Virus record (IMG/VR): IMGVR_UViG_3300032257_000069
Span: 1 to 35,316 of that record
Length of the DNA: 35,316 nt
Source of the DNA: a virus
Lineage: Duplodnaviria; Caudoviricetes
Reading direction: 5' to 3' (one strand)
Below the pieces are notes generated by a model that had not been told where the DNA came from, made no database searches, and saw nothing but the letters and a program-made list of their open reading frames with translations. Position numbers and translations under genes: made by a program. How positions within the stretch are numbered: the first letter of the stretch is position 1; each line of letters starts with the position of its first letter. Of the stretch, positions 1 through 9,124 are shown piece after piece.

Positions 1-127
1 TCGCGCAGGAAAACGCACGCGACCGCAGCCAGCATCCATTTGTGCGCCGATCCTTTACCGGCACACCGCAGCGCACTGATGGCGCAATGGTGCGGTTCGC
101 AGATGGCAGTTATGCGGTGATCGATAA
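1..127. repeat. Terminal direct repeat (assembly overlap) identical to 35190-35316; indicates a circular or circularly permuted 35,189-bp genome
   Basis: TCGCGCAGGAAAACG...GGTGATCGATAA occurs at both ends. 127 nt is a common assembler k-mer length, and a reading frame runs straight through the junction. Confidence 0.95.
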
Positions 128-3100
128 CACTGCGATCAATCCACCAGGTACGGTGCGCGCCCTGTTCCAAGATGGTCTGAAAAAACGCTGGTATCATCTG
201 ATAAAAACCAAGCGCAAGGCATGGCACGGCACCCCGAAAAAGACGGCGTTCACACAGTTCGATACGCAATATATCGGTACAGGCGAAGGCGTTCAGGCGT
301 TTGGCTGGGGTCTGTACTATGCTGATGGTCGTCACACATCTGAATATTATCGAAAGGGTGATCAACGCATTGAAGATCGTGACTATAAAGATCATGAACT
401 TCAATGGACGTTCCTGAACGACAGAAACCGCACCCGCAACTGGAAAGATCGCGCCTTCATCCTGAAAACAATCGTTGGCAATGCTGTCCGCGAAGAAACG
501 CATCGAAATCTGACATCGCAATCACTGCGCAAAGCGGCATCAATCCTGATCAGTGATCGCACAGGCAAGCCAGCGACAGAGGCCGCTATCGATGCCCTGA
601 TCAAGCGCGAAACCAACACAGTGATCCGCGCAGACCATGCGATGCCGCGATCCAGCACGAAAGAAGATCAATATGCTGTATTGCGGCGGCTGGCCCATGA
701 AGCGCGCGATGCCCTGATCCACGAAAGAAAAACAAACGATCTGCGCCGCAACCGGATGCGCGCGGCCAACAACGCCCTGCGCGATGCCCTGACGGTGGGC
801 GATCCTGCTGTGGTTCGCCGCGCGATGCGCCGGGTGATCAGGATCGACGGGCAAGAAAACGCTGCGCTGTTTTCGGCGCTCTATGTGCATCTGCCGACAA
901 AGGCCGAAAAGGGCCGTCTGTATCGCGTGGACCTGCAGAATGGTCCGTGGCTGGTCTGGGATGATCGCGTTGACAGTTATTCGATGGCCGCTGTCAAAGA
1001 GGCCATGAAGAAAGCTGGGCGGCTGGCGACGGACAACCAGCGCCAAGCATGGGATTGGCTCGAACGCCAGTCTGGCGGTGCCAATGGCAGCGCCCTGTAT
1101 CACACACTGCAGATGATCAATGGATCAGATCGCGCTGCATCACTGTTCTTGGCGGGCATGGGCTATCGCGGGATAAAGTTCGCAGATGGCAACACGCGGG
1201 ATCGCAAACTTCGCCGCACTTGGAACTATGTGGTGTTCTCCGGTGAAGATGTCACGATCCGCGAAGTTCACCAGCAGCGCCGGGGATCGCTCACAATCCC
1301 GGTTGAAGGCGTCCTGTCTGCCAACAGCGTTGTGATGCGACTGGGCAAGGCGGCTGATAAATCAACCGTGATCCATGAGTTCGGCCACATCTTTCTGGAA
1401 CTGGAACGCGAACTGTCCAAGGAAAGCCCTGCGGTCGCGCAGCGCTATGCGCAGACAGCCGCATATCTGGGTTTCGATCCTGCCGGGACTATTCCAACAG
1501 ACGCGCACGAGGCGTTCGCGGAAAGTTTCGAAACGTGGACCGCGACGGGAAAAGCGCCAACACCAGGATTGGCCAAAGCGTTCCAAGCCTTCGCCAACTG
1601 GATGCGCGAAGTCTATCAGTCGCTGCGCAAAATGACGCGCCTGACACCCGAACTGCAGGCGACATTCGAAAGCATGTTTGGGGCGCAAAATGCGGCCGCA
1701 GAAGAAAAGGCCGGCACTGGCGTTTTCCCGTCATCATCTGGTGATCGCGGATCACGAAACCGCGATGTCGTGCAGCAGAAGCCGATCCTGAAAGACGAAC
1801 GGGTTTCACGCATACGCGACATCGAACGGCGGCTGGCCAAACTGTTTGGTGTCACCGAGCGCGAACGCCGCATGACATCGAAACGCTATCTGGGTGTTTA
1901 CTATCCGAAAACAGGCGTCATTCGCCGCAATAAGGGCGTGATCGAAGAACTGGAAACACTGGCGCATGAAATCGGCCACGCATGGCAGTTCAGGCACGAT
2001 GCCGCCTATCAGAACTGGGTGGGTGCAGATGGCGCGCTGGTCAAAACATGGGCCTATCCCGGCGCTCGCAAAGGCAGCGAAGAAATCGAGGGTTTCGCAG
2101 AGTTTTTCCGCTGGTTCATGACGAACCCGAACTATGCGCTGGGCGAAAGCCGGGAAAAGTTCGCACAGCTTGAACGCGCGCTGGAAGCCACGATGGGCAA
2201 GAACATCATGGCGGAAGTCGAAGCGATCCGCGCTGAATATGAACTATGGCTGACAGCGCCAGATTACGATGTCGCCAGTACGCGCGTCGTGAAAACGCTG
2301 CGCAACCCTATCGAACAGATCAGCGAAGATGTCCGCAGATCAGGCGCTGTTGGCGTCGTGTCCCAGATGGCCAATGATACCTATCGCGTGATCATCGATC
2401 AGCAGAACCCGCTGGGGCAGCTTACAGACGCATTGCAGCGCGCCATCGAACAGAACACGAAGGAACAGACGGGTGTGAACAAGCCCGCTGAAATCCGGCC
2501 ATCTGAAAACCCCTACATCTTGTCACGGCTGGCACTTGATAGCGGCGCGGCTGGCCAGATGGATATTGTTCACGGCGTTTCTGAATATCGCGGCACAGAC
2601 GGCACTGGTCCGTCACTGGCTGATGCGGTCGAAGTCGCGCTGGGCAAGAACATCATGCAAAGCTGGAACGATGCCGATCTGCAGGACTTCGGTGTTTATC
2701 TTGTCAGTCGCCGGATGGAGGAAGAATGGCAGCGCTTCAAAGATGGCAAAATCCCGAACCGGCCTGATCAGCTTTCACTGCCCGCGCATGAAAAGATCAT
2801 CGCTGATCTGGAACAGTCTGAACGCGGTGCGCGATACCGCGAAGCCGCGCAAATGATCTATGAGTGGAACAACAACCTGCTGAAAAAATCCTATGATGCG
2901 GGTCTGATCACGAAAGACACATATCAGTATCTGCTGGCCGAACGCACCGCCTACGTCCCAGTGATGCGCGAACGGTCTGATGAAAACGTGCTGCAGACTG
3001 TGAACGGCGCAGCCACGCCATCGCGGCGCAACAAAATGAAACTGATCACCCGCTTTCAGGGAAGCAATCGCGCGATCATCAATCCCCTCGAAAGCATGAT

Positions 3101-5426
3101 GGCCCGCGCCTATCATGTGAATGCAATCATTGCCCGCAATGACGCGATCAATGCCGCGTGGCGGCTGGCCACGCGCGCCGGAAAGCGCGGCGGTGCCTTC
3201 ATCGAACGGGTGCCACCCAAGACGCTGACAGCCGACACAGTGCCGTTCGAAAAGTTCAAGGAAGGTTTCAAGTCAGAGAACGGCATCGATCTGGATCATC
3301 TGTTCAACGATGATGTGAACATCGAGGACTTGAACGAACTGAATGCGCTGCTGTTCAAATGGGTGGAAAGCCCTGAAGGCAATGAGCCGATCCTGTATGC
3401 ATGGCGCAATGGCGAGCGCCACATGCTGCGCCTGCCTGATGCAGAGTTCGGCAAAACCGTGTTCGAGGCGTTCGCCGCCATCGGCACGGACCAAAGCAAC
3501 GCCATCGAAAACCTTCTGTCTTTCCCCACAGCCGTCCAGCGTTTGAGCATCACAACAGAATGGGCATTCCTGATGGCGAACTTTGTGCGCGATCAGTTCA
3601 CAAGCTGGATATTGACAGAGGACGCCACGCCAATCGTCACCAGTGTTGGCGGCATGGTGTCCGAGATACGACAGGACGAATGGTCAAAGCGCTACAATCG
3701 CGCTGGGGGGCTGATGGGCGGTGCCAATGTCGGTGCGCTGCGCAAAGGCCAGATTGCCCGCGACATGAAGTCAATGCGCAAGAAGGGCTGGTTCATCCGG
3801 CGCTTCAAAAGCTGGACCGGCGTGATGCAACTGTCTGAACTATCCGAGACTGGCACGCGGCTGGGTCTGTTCAGAAACGCCTTCAAGCGCCTGAAGCGCG
3901 ACGGCATGTCAGACCATGACGCGATGGTGCAGGCCGCATTCCAAGCCCGCGATTATATCGATTTTGGCCGCTATGGCTCGCGCATGAACTTCGCGCGTCG
4001 TCTGATCACATTCCTGAATGCGATGCTGCAGGGTACTGACAAGGCGGTGCGGGTGGTGTTCGCCAACAAGGCAGTTCGCCGCACGCTGCGCGAAGCCATG
4101 ACTGGCGAGAAAACGCAATACACAGTCGAGGAAGCACGCCAACGGCGGGTGGGCATCAAGGCATTTATGAAACTGATGTCCACCGGGTTCATCGGATACC
4201 TGGTGCATCTGCTTTACTCGGATGAACCGGAATATCAGGAGTTCAGCGCATACCTTCGCGCGACACACTGGATGGTGCGGATCAATGGCCAGTGGGTCAG
4301 CGTTCCCAAGCCGTTTGAACTGGGCATGATTTCCAACATTGTCGAACGCGCAATGGAAGCGCGCGACTTTGATGATCCGACTGCTTGGAACCGGCTTCTG
4401 ACAGATGCGCGCTACACGATGCTGCCACCTAATCAGGCACCGATCATCACAGTGCCAATGGAGTTGTGGGCTAATCGCCGCTCGTTCGACGATGCCCCGA
4501 TAGTTTCCCCGTCACTGGAAAGACTGCCGCCCCAGATGCAGCACGATGCATTCACGTCGCGCCTCGGTCTGGGTGTGTCCTACGCCCTGTCACCGATCAG
4601 CCGCATGTTCGGCGGCGAAGGTGTGTCACCTGAAAAAGTCGATCACGCGCTGGCAGGGTTTGGCGGATCATGGATGCGCAATGCGCAGGGCTTGTCCAAC
4701 ATCATCTGGGGCGATGCATCAGCCAACACGCTGGCTGACACACCAGTTCTGCGCAGGTTCTTCCGCGACAGTTCGCGCGGATCGCGGGTGCGCGGCGATT
4801 TCTATGATTATGCAAGCGAACTGCGTGGCCGGTTTGAAAACGCGCGGGCGGGTTATCGTGAACAGGTTCGCCGCAATGACATCGAACGGGCTGTGCAACA
4901 TCTTCAACAGTTAGATCCAATAGAACGCGATTATGCGCTGCTGTTCACAAATGGAGAAACCGCAGACCGGCGATTGCACCCGCTGGATCGATCCCGGCGC
5001 GCGATGGCCGCGAACCGGGGGCTGCAGGACCAGCTTCGTCGCAGGGCGGTGCGCAGGCTTCGCACAGAAACCCTGATCGCCAGCGATCTGACACAGCGCC
5101 AGCGCGGCGATCTGATTGGCCTGTTGAACAACCTGTCCAGCTATGAAGCGCGCTGGGCGCTGACAACAATCGGCGTGGGTGGGTACAATGACAGCCAACC
5201 GCAATATGACCGCACGGCGATCCTGCAGCAGATCAGGGATATTTCGCCCGCAATCTATACCGAACTGGCGCGGCGCTATCGCATTAACCGGGTTACGAGC
5301 GAAGAAGCATCAAATACCTGGTGGATGCGCCGACAACCATTGATCCAGTCCGACATCGAAGAACGGATTTATCAAATAGAGGCACAACGCACGCGGCAAA
5401 ACATGATACCCCGCGAACCAAACTAG
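3..5426 (+). CDS. C-terminal part of giant polyvalent virion/ejection protein (continues from 30440 across the junction): ART-like domain, two HExxH metallopeptidase-like domains, LPD38-like C-terminus
   Basis: The frame is open upstream of the GTG at 42. ART-PolyVal-like pattern AWHGT..F..FD..IGTGEG.QAFGWGLYYA...LYRVDL...GYRGIKF...NYVVF. HEFGH at 1374 followed by HEAFAESFE..GKAP; HEIGH at 1965 followed by EGFAEF. LPD38-like DFGRYG..FLNA.LQG, PKPFELG, ELWANR.SF, SPEKVDH. Confidence 0.85.
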   Translation, partial: AQENARDRSQHPFVRRSFTGTPQRTDGAMVRFADGSYAVIDNTAINPPGTVRALFQDGLKKRWYHLIKTKRKAWHGTPKKTAFTQFDTQYIGTGEGVQAFGWGLYYADGRHTSEYYRKGDQRIEDRDYKDHELQWTFLNDRNRTRNWKDRAFILKTIVGNAVREETHRNLTSQSLRKAASILISDRTGKPATEAAIDALIKRETNTVIRADHAMPRSSTKEDQYAVLRRLAHEARDALIHERKTNDLRRNRMRAANNALRDALTVGDPAVVRRAMRRVIRIDGQENAALFSALYVHLPTKAEKGRLYRVDLQNGPWLVWDDRVDSYSMAAVKEAMKKAGRLATDNQRQAWDWLERQSGGANGSALYHTLQMINGSDRAASLFLAGMGYRGIKFADGNTRDRKLRRTWNYVVFSGEDVTIREVHQQRRGSLTIPVEGVLSANSVVMRLGKAADKSTVIHEFGHIFLELERELSKESPAVAQRYAQTAAYLGFDPAGTIPTDAHEAFAESFETWTATGKAPTPGLAKAFQAFANWMREVYQSLRKMTRLTPELQATFESMFGAQNAAAEEKAGTGVFPSSSGDRGSRNRDVVQQKPILKDERVSRIRDIERRLAKLFGVTERERRMTSKRYLGVYYPKTGVIRRNKGVIEELETLAHEIGHAWQFRHDAAYQNWVGADGALVKTWAYPGARKGSEEIEGFAEFFRWFMTNPNYALGESREKFAQLERALEATMGKNIMAEVEAIRAEYELWLTAPDYDVASTRVVKTLRNPIEQISEDVRRSGAVGVVSQMANDTYRVIIDQQNPLGQLTDALQRAIEQNTKEQTGVNKPAEIRPSENPYILSRLALDSGAAGQMDIVHGVSEYRGTDGTGPSLADAVEVALGKNIMQSWNDADLQDFGVYLVSRRMEEEWQRFKDGKIPNRPDQLSLPAHEKIIADLEQSERGARYREAAQMIYEWNNNLLKKSYDAGLITKDTYQYLLAERTAYVPVMRERSDENVLQTVNGAATPSRRNKMKLITRFQGSNRAIINPLESMMARAYHVNAIIARNDAINAAWRLATRAGKRGGAFIERVPPKTLTADTVPFEKFKEGFKSENGIDLDHLFNDDVNIEDLNELNALLFKWVESPEGNEPILYAWRNGERHMLRLPDAEFGKTVFEAFAAIGTDQSNAIENLLSFPTAVQRLSITTEWAFLMANFVRDQFTSWILTEDATPIVTSVGGMVSEIRQDEWSKRYNRAGGLMGGANVGALRKGQIARDMKSMRKKGWFIRRFKSWTGVMQLSELSETGTRLGLFRNAFKRLKRDGMSDHDAMVQAAFQARDYIDFGRYGSRMNFARRLITFLNAMLQGTDKAVRVVFANKAVRRTLREAMTGEKTQYTVEEARQRRVGIKAFMKLMSTGFIGYLVHLLYSDEPEYQEFSAYLRATHWMVRINGQWVSVPKPFELGMISNIVERAMEARDFDDPTAWNRLLTDARYTMLPPNQAPIITVPMELWANRRSFDDAPIVSPSLERLPPQMQHDAFTSRLGLGVSYALSPISRMFGGEGVSPEKVDHALAGFGGSWMRNAQGLSNIIWGDASANTLADTPVLRRFFRDSSRGSRVRGDFYDYASELRGRFENARAGYREQVRRNDIERAVQHLQQLDPIERDYALLFTNGETADRRLHPLDRSRRAMAANRGLQDQLRRRAVRRLRTETLIASDLTQRQRGDLIGLLNNLSSYEARWALTTIGVGGYNDSQPQYDRTAILQQIRDISPAIYTELARRYRINRVTSEEASNTWWMRRQPLIQSDIEERIYQIEAQRTRQNMIPREPN
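1687..1719 (+). repeat. 33-bp exact direct repeat, copy 1 (AAAATGCGGCCGCAGAAGAAAAGGCCGGCACTG)
   Basis: Identical to 13509-13541. Confidence 0.9.
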
Positions 5427-5436
5427 GAGAACGAAC

Positions 5437-7842
5437 ATGGCGTGGAGTGGTGGAACATTCACACTGAACCAAGACTTCCCAGCAGACCGCGATGCGGGTG
5501 CGCCTGATCACTTCATCGATGCCGACAAGGTGGATGATGAACTTCAGAACATCAAATCAGGTCTGGAAGCCTGCCTGCACCGGGGCGGCAACAATGGCAT
5601 GACCGGCGCGCTTGATCTGGACGGGAATGATCTGGTTCTTGACGCAGACGGCGATAGCATCCTGCACGCCACCGCAGATGATCAGATCGATCTGGACATA
5701 GGCGGCACGAACCTGTTGCGCGCGACAGCCGCCCTGCTGGCTCTGACAGGGGCCATGACGATTTCTGGCGCCCTATCTGTGTCTGGTGCGCTGACCGCTG
5801 GGGCCAATCTTGATCTGAACGGTTCTGATCTGGTGATCGATGCAGATGGCGATAGCATCCTGCACGCCACCGCAGATGATCAGATCGATCTGGACGTGGG
5901 CGGTTCGAATGTCTGGCGAACGACAACAACCGGCTTCGCAGTCACCGGCACGATCAGCGCAACTGGGAACATTTCCACATCAGGCGGCACGATTGGCGGT
6001 CTGACATCGGCTGAACTGGGCGAACTGGCCAACATCGACAGCGTAACAATCACGAACGCGCAATGGGGCTATGTCGGTGCCACGTCCAGTTTCGGCGGGT
6101 CTGTCATGGCCGCGTCTGAAATCACAGAAGCGATGCTGTCCAGCGCCCTGCAGACGAAAGTGAACAATGCAGCCGCGTCCAAACTGGACGCGACCAGCGC
6201 GCCAGATGCCAATGACGATGACAGCAATACTGGCGGCAACGGCACGTTTGCAGAAGGATCGCTGTGGATCGATCAAACTGGCAATGAAGCCTATCGGTGT
6301 GTGGATGCATCGACCGGCGCGGCGATCTGGATCAACACGACGCTGACGACTGACGAACTGGGAACCATTGCCACCCAGAACGCCAATGCAGTGACGATCA
6401 CAGGCGGATCGATCAGCGGCATCACTGATCTGGCTGTTGCAGATGGCGGCACCGGGGCCGGGACCGCAGCGGGTGCCAGAACGAACTTGGGCCTTGGCAC
6501 TATCGCCACACAGGCCGCAAGTTCGGTCGCTATTACAGGCGGCGCGATTGACGGCACAGCGATTGGCGGTTCCACCCCAGCAGCGGGCGCGTTTACCACG
6601 CTGGCGGCTTCGGGTGATGTGGCGTTCGATACGACTGGTTTTTTCTTCGACCAGTCAGCGGGGCGTGTTGGTATTGGGACTGCTGCACCAGCTGGACCGC
6701 TCCACACTGTCTTGGGAACACATGCTGTCGGCACTTGGGACGGCAATGCCGCCGTTTTTGGTGTGGCTGGGGCGTCTGGCTCTGCCTTTGGTATCGCACA
6801 TGACGCGACAAATGGTTCGCGCCTGATCTCCTTGGAACCCGGTACATCTTGGCGCAAAATGACGTTTATCGCGTCCGATTTTGGCTTCTCCATCAACAAT
6901 GCCACGGATGCAGTTACTATCACCCCCGGTGGTGATGTCGGCATTGGCAACACTTCCCCCGCCGCCCCGCTGGAAGTTACCGGCGCGATCCTGTCGGGTC
7001 AGGCAACCGTCGACCATGAAGGCGCTTTACAGGTTGGGATCGGCTCTGGTGCTGCGGCTTCATCCACATCGGGATCAACGGACAGCACACAGGCCGCGGT
7101 TTTTTACGCCACCAATGTCGGCGCGGCTGGCTATGGTGTTCATGTCGGCGTGGGCAATGGCGGCGTCGGCTGGATACAAAACCGAGCCGTTGACGATTTT
7201 TCCGCTCTTGCCAACCTCATTTTGCAACCGAACGGCGGCGATCTGGATATTGGCGGCAGCGGTCTATATTGGGACGCTAGTGCATCTAGTGTCGGTATTG
7301 GCACCGCTAGCCCCTCGCGCACCTTTCACGTTGCCGCCAGTGGTGGCCCTGTCGCGCTTTTCGAGGGTGATGGTTCAAACATCGCAGACATTACCATTCA
7401 GTCCGACCTAACAGGCGGCAACTATGGCTCTGCGATTAACTTCACAGCGGTTGCAGGGGCGACACAATCTGCCCGGATTATATCAATCGCGTCGGGCGGA
7501 CTTCGCATGGGGTCAGGGTCAAACGATCATCTGACTATTACGGCGGCGGGCAATGTCGGTGTTGGCGTCACTAATCCCGGCAACCTTCTCACCATTGGGG
7601 GCGTTGCCACGCCTGTCATCCAGATTGCACCAAGCGGGGCGGCAGGAAGCGGGATGCAGATTTATGGGTCCGGCGCTACAATGTATATCAACAACACTGA
7701 AAACGGGCCGCTTGCTTTTTATGTCAATGGCTCGTCCCGGCTGGTTATCGCAGCAAATGGTGAGATTACCGCAAACCTGCCCACATCAGCCGGAACAGCC
7801 GGAACACTTTGGAATGACAGCGGGACCGTCAAAGTCGCATAA
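5437..7842 (+). CDS. Tail fibre / receptor-binding protein (801 aa)
   Basis: AGGAG RBS. G/A/T/S-rich, with repeated GxVGIGT.xP motifs, an ADGGTGA..AAGARTNLGLG motif and LGTIATQ...ITGG repeats. Follows the ejection genes. Confidence 0.85.
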   Translation: MAWSGGTFTLNQDFPADRDAGAPDHFIDADKVDDELQNIKSGLEACLHRGGNNGMTGALDLDGNDLVLDADGDSILHATADDQIDLDIGGTNLLRATAALLALTGAMTISGALSVSGALTAGANLDLNGSDLVIDADGDSILHATADDQIDLDVGGSNVWRTTTTGFAVTGTISATGNISTSGGTIGGLTSAELGELANIDSVTITNAQWGYVGATSSFGGSVMAASEITEAMLSSALQTKVNNAAASKLDATSAPDANDDDSNTGGNGTFAEGSLWIDQTGNEAYRCVDASTGAAIWINTTLTTDELGTIATQNANAVTITGGSISGITDLAVADGGTGAGTAAGARTNLGLGTIATQAASSVAITGGAIDGTAIGGSTPAAGAFTTLAASGDVAFDTTGFFFDQSAGRVGIGTAAPAGPLHTVLGTHAVGTWDGNAAVFGVAGASGSAFGIAHDATNGSRLISLEPGTSWRKMTFIASDFGFSINNATDAVTITPGGDVGIGNTSPAAPLEVTGAILSGQATVDHEGALQVGIGSGAAASSTSGSTDSTQAAVFYATNVGAAGYGVHVGVGNGGVGWIQNRAVDDFSALANLILQPNGGDLDIGGSGLYWDASASSVGIGTASPSRTFHVAASGGPVALFEGDGSNIADITIQSDLTGGNYGSAINFTAVAGATQSARIISIASGGLRMGSGSNDHLTITAAGNVGVGVTNPGNLLTIGGVATPVIQIAPSGAAGSGMQIYGSGATMYINNTENGPLAFYVNGSSRLVIAANGEITANLPTSAGTAGTLWNDSGTVKVA
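5650..5895 (+). repeat. Internal duplication in tail fibre: identical 48-bp blocks at 5650-5697 and 5848-5895
   Basis: Peptide LDL.G.DLV.DADGDSILHATADDQIDLD.GG occurs twice, 66 aa apart. Confidence 0.9.
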
Positions 7843-7856
7843 CAAGGAGGCCAATC

Positions 7857-8174
7857 ATGGCTATTGACTACACATGGACTTTCAACCCTCTTGAGTTTGA
7901 GGACAACGGCGACCTGCCGAAAAGCGTGAGCGTTGTTCACTGGCAATGCTCCGGCACTGACGGGACGCACAGCGCGCGATCTATCGGCACTGAAGCGATG
8001 TCTGATCCTGATCCAGACAGTTTCACCGCGTGGGATGACCTCACACCAGAAATCGTCAAAGGCTGGCTTCCTCCCGCAGTGATCAGCGCAGCAGAAGCCA
8101 ATATCGCGGCCAGTATCGCGCGCATGGTTGAAGAAGCTGCGGCCAACAAAGGCACTGGGGTGCCTTGGGATTAA
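7857..8174 (+). CDS. Small tail-fibre-associated protein (probable assembly chaperone)
   Basis: AAGGAGG RBS. Acidic 105-aa protein (V..VHW...GTDG...F..W.DLT...V.GW...G.PW) of a type commonly found directly after phage tail fibres. Confidence 0.6.
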   Translation: MAIDYTWTFNPLEFEDNGDLPKSVSVVHWQCSGTDGTHSARSIGTEAMSDPDPDSFTAWDDLTPEIVKGWLPPAVISAAEANIAASIARMVEEAAANKGTGVPWD

Positions 8175-8176
8175 AG

Positions 8177-8204
8177 CAGGGGTGTTCATTCATGCACCCG
8201 CCTG
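8177..8204 (+). terminator. Possible weak hairpin after the tail genes
   Basis: CAGG-GGTG...CACC-CG-CCTG imperfect stem; the T-run is displaced. Confidence 0.3.
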
Positions 8205-8390
8205 ATCGATTTTGTGGAAAGTGTTTATAACCCAGCGCGGTTTTGAACACTTTCTGCACAGGCTCTAACCGCATCAGCAAAAGGAATGGCTCTATTTGTC
8301 CAAGTTTTCCACGGCACCACAACAATCTCAAAACTTAAAAAAAGATTATTGGGACTGTGGACATGTGGATAAGTAGAACCGGAAAAGGGA
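8205..8390. other. Putative oriC-like replication origin: DnaA-box cluster in an AT-rich intergenic spacer
   Basis: Perfect TTATCCACA on the - strand at 8364-8372, overlapped by ATGTCCACA (8356-8364). Single-mismatch boxes against TTWTNCACA at 8213-8221(-), 8222-8230(-), 8241-8249(+), 8252-8260(+) and 8305-8313(+). AT-rich core at about 8320-8350. Confidence 0.75.
8335..8349 (+). promoter_or_regulatory. CtrA-like binding site (TTAA-N7-TTAT)
   Basis: One mismatch to the alphaproteobacterial CtrA consensus TTAA-N7-TTAA. It lies in an AT-rich tract, so chance is possible. Confidence 0.4.
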
Positions 8391-8398
8391 AAAACATC

Positions 8399-8863
8399 AT
8401 GGCAGTTCGCACGACAGAAACGCACATCGAAGCAGATCACTACACCGACATCGATGCATCCGACCGGGTTCTGTGGCCGTGGAAGAACTTCCCCCCTCAT
8501 GAAATGCAATGCAGGCACTGCGGCGCGGTAAAAGTTCGCAAGTCAGCGATGGATCGTCTGACGCTGCTGCGATCCCATGCTGGCGATCTGCCAATGCATG
8601 TGAACAGCGCCTATCGATGCCCTGCCTATAACCAACAGATCAGTTCGACCGGACCAACAGGCCCGCACACACTGGGCGGATCATTTGATCTGCAGGTGCA
8701 TCGCGGTCGCGCGTGGACCGTCATGCGTGCGGCCATGAATGTCGGCTTTTCTGGGATTGGCGTGGCGCAGAAAGGTGCCACCAGGTCACGCTTCCTGCAC
8801 GTCGATGATGAAGAACATGATCCAGACAATCGGATGATCCGCCCGACAGTGTGGAGTTACTAG
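8399..8863 (+). CDS. Endolysin, peptidase M15A family (Zn-dependent)
   Basis: NF...EM.C.HCG, V.SAYRC..YN, GPHT.G.SFDL, GIGV, FLHVD motifs. ATG at 8399 follows a purine-rich RBS and is preferred over GTG 8357. Confidence 0.85.
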   Translation: MAVRTTETHIEADHYTDIDASDRVLWPWKNFPPHEMQCRHCGAVKVRKSAMDRLTLLRSHAGDLPMHVNSAYRCPAYNQQISSTGPTGPHTLGGSFDLQVHRGRAWTVMRAAMNVGFSGIGVAQKGATRSRFLHVDDEEHDPDNRMIRPTVWSY

Positions 8864-8866
8864 CGC

Positions 8867-9124
8867 ATGGCCGATTTGATCAGCATCGTCGCCAGTCTGG
8901 AAGGGTTCGGCATTGCCGGTCTGCTTCTGGTCGCGTGCGCGCTGCTGATCAGGGCATGGCACAATGAGCGCGCGGAAACCCAGCGCGAGCGAGAACGCAC
9001 GATTGAACTGTATCAGGTGATGGCCGACGACGCGCGCACGAACGGGGCGCAGATGGCCGAAATGGCGCAGCAGTTAAACCGTGCGATCGATTACATCTCA
9101 ACAGCGCCAAGGGGGGCAAAATGA
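8867..9124 (+). CDS. Holin-like membrane protein
   Basis: N-terminal transmembrane segment and charged helical tail; directly after the endolysin. Confidence 0.5.
   Translation: MADLISIVASLEGFGIAGLLLVACALLIRAWHNERAETQRERERTIELYQVMADDARTNGAQMAEMAQQLNRAIDYISTAPRGAK

Noticed and set aside
42-5426. 1794-aa ORF as a standalone gene starting at GTG 42
   Set aside because: No RBS, and the frame is open upstream through the junction to 30440.
8357-8398. N-terminal extension of the endolysin from GTG 8357
   Set aside because: It overlaps the DnaA boxes, and ATG 8399 has a better purine-rich RBS.
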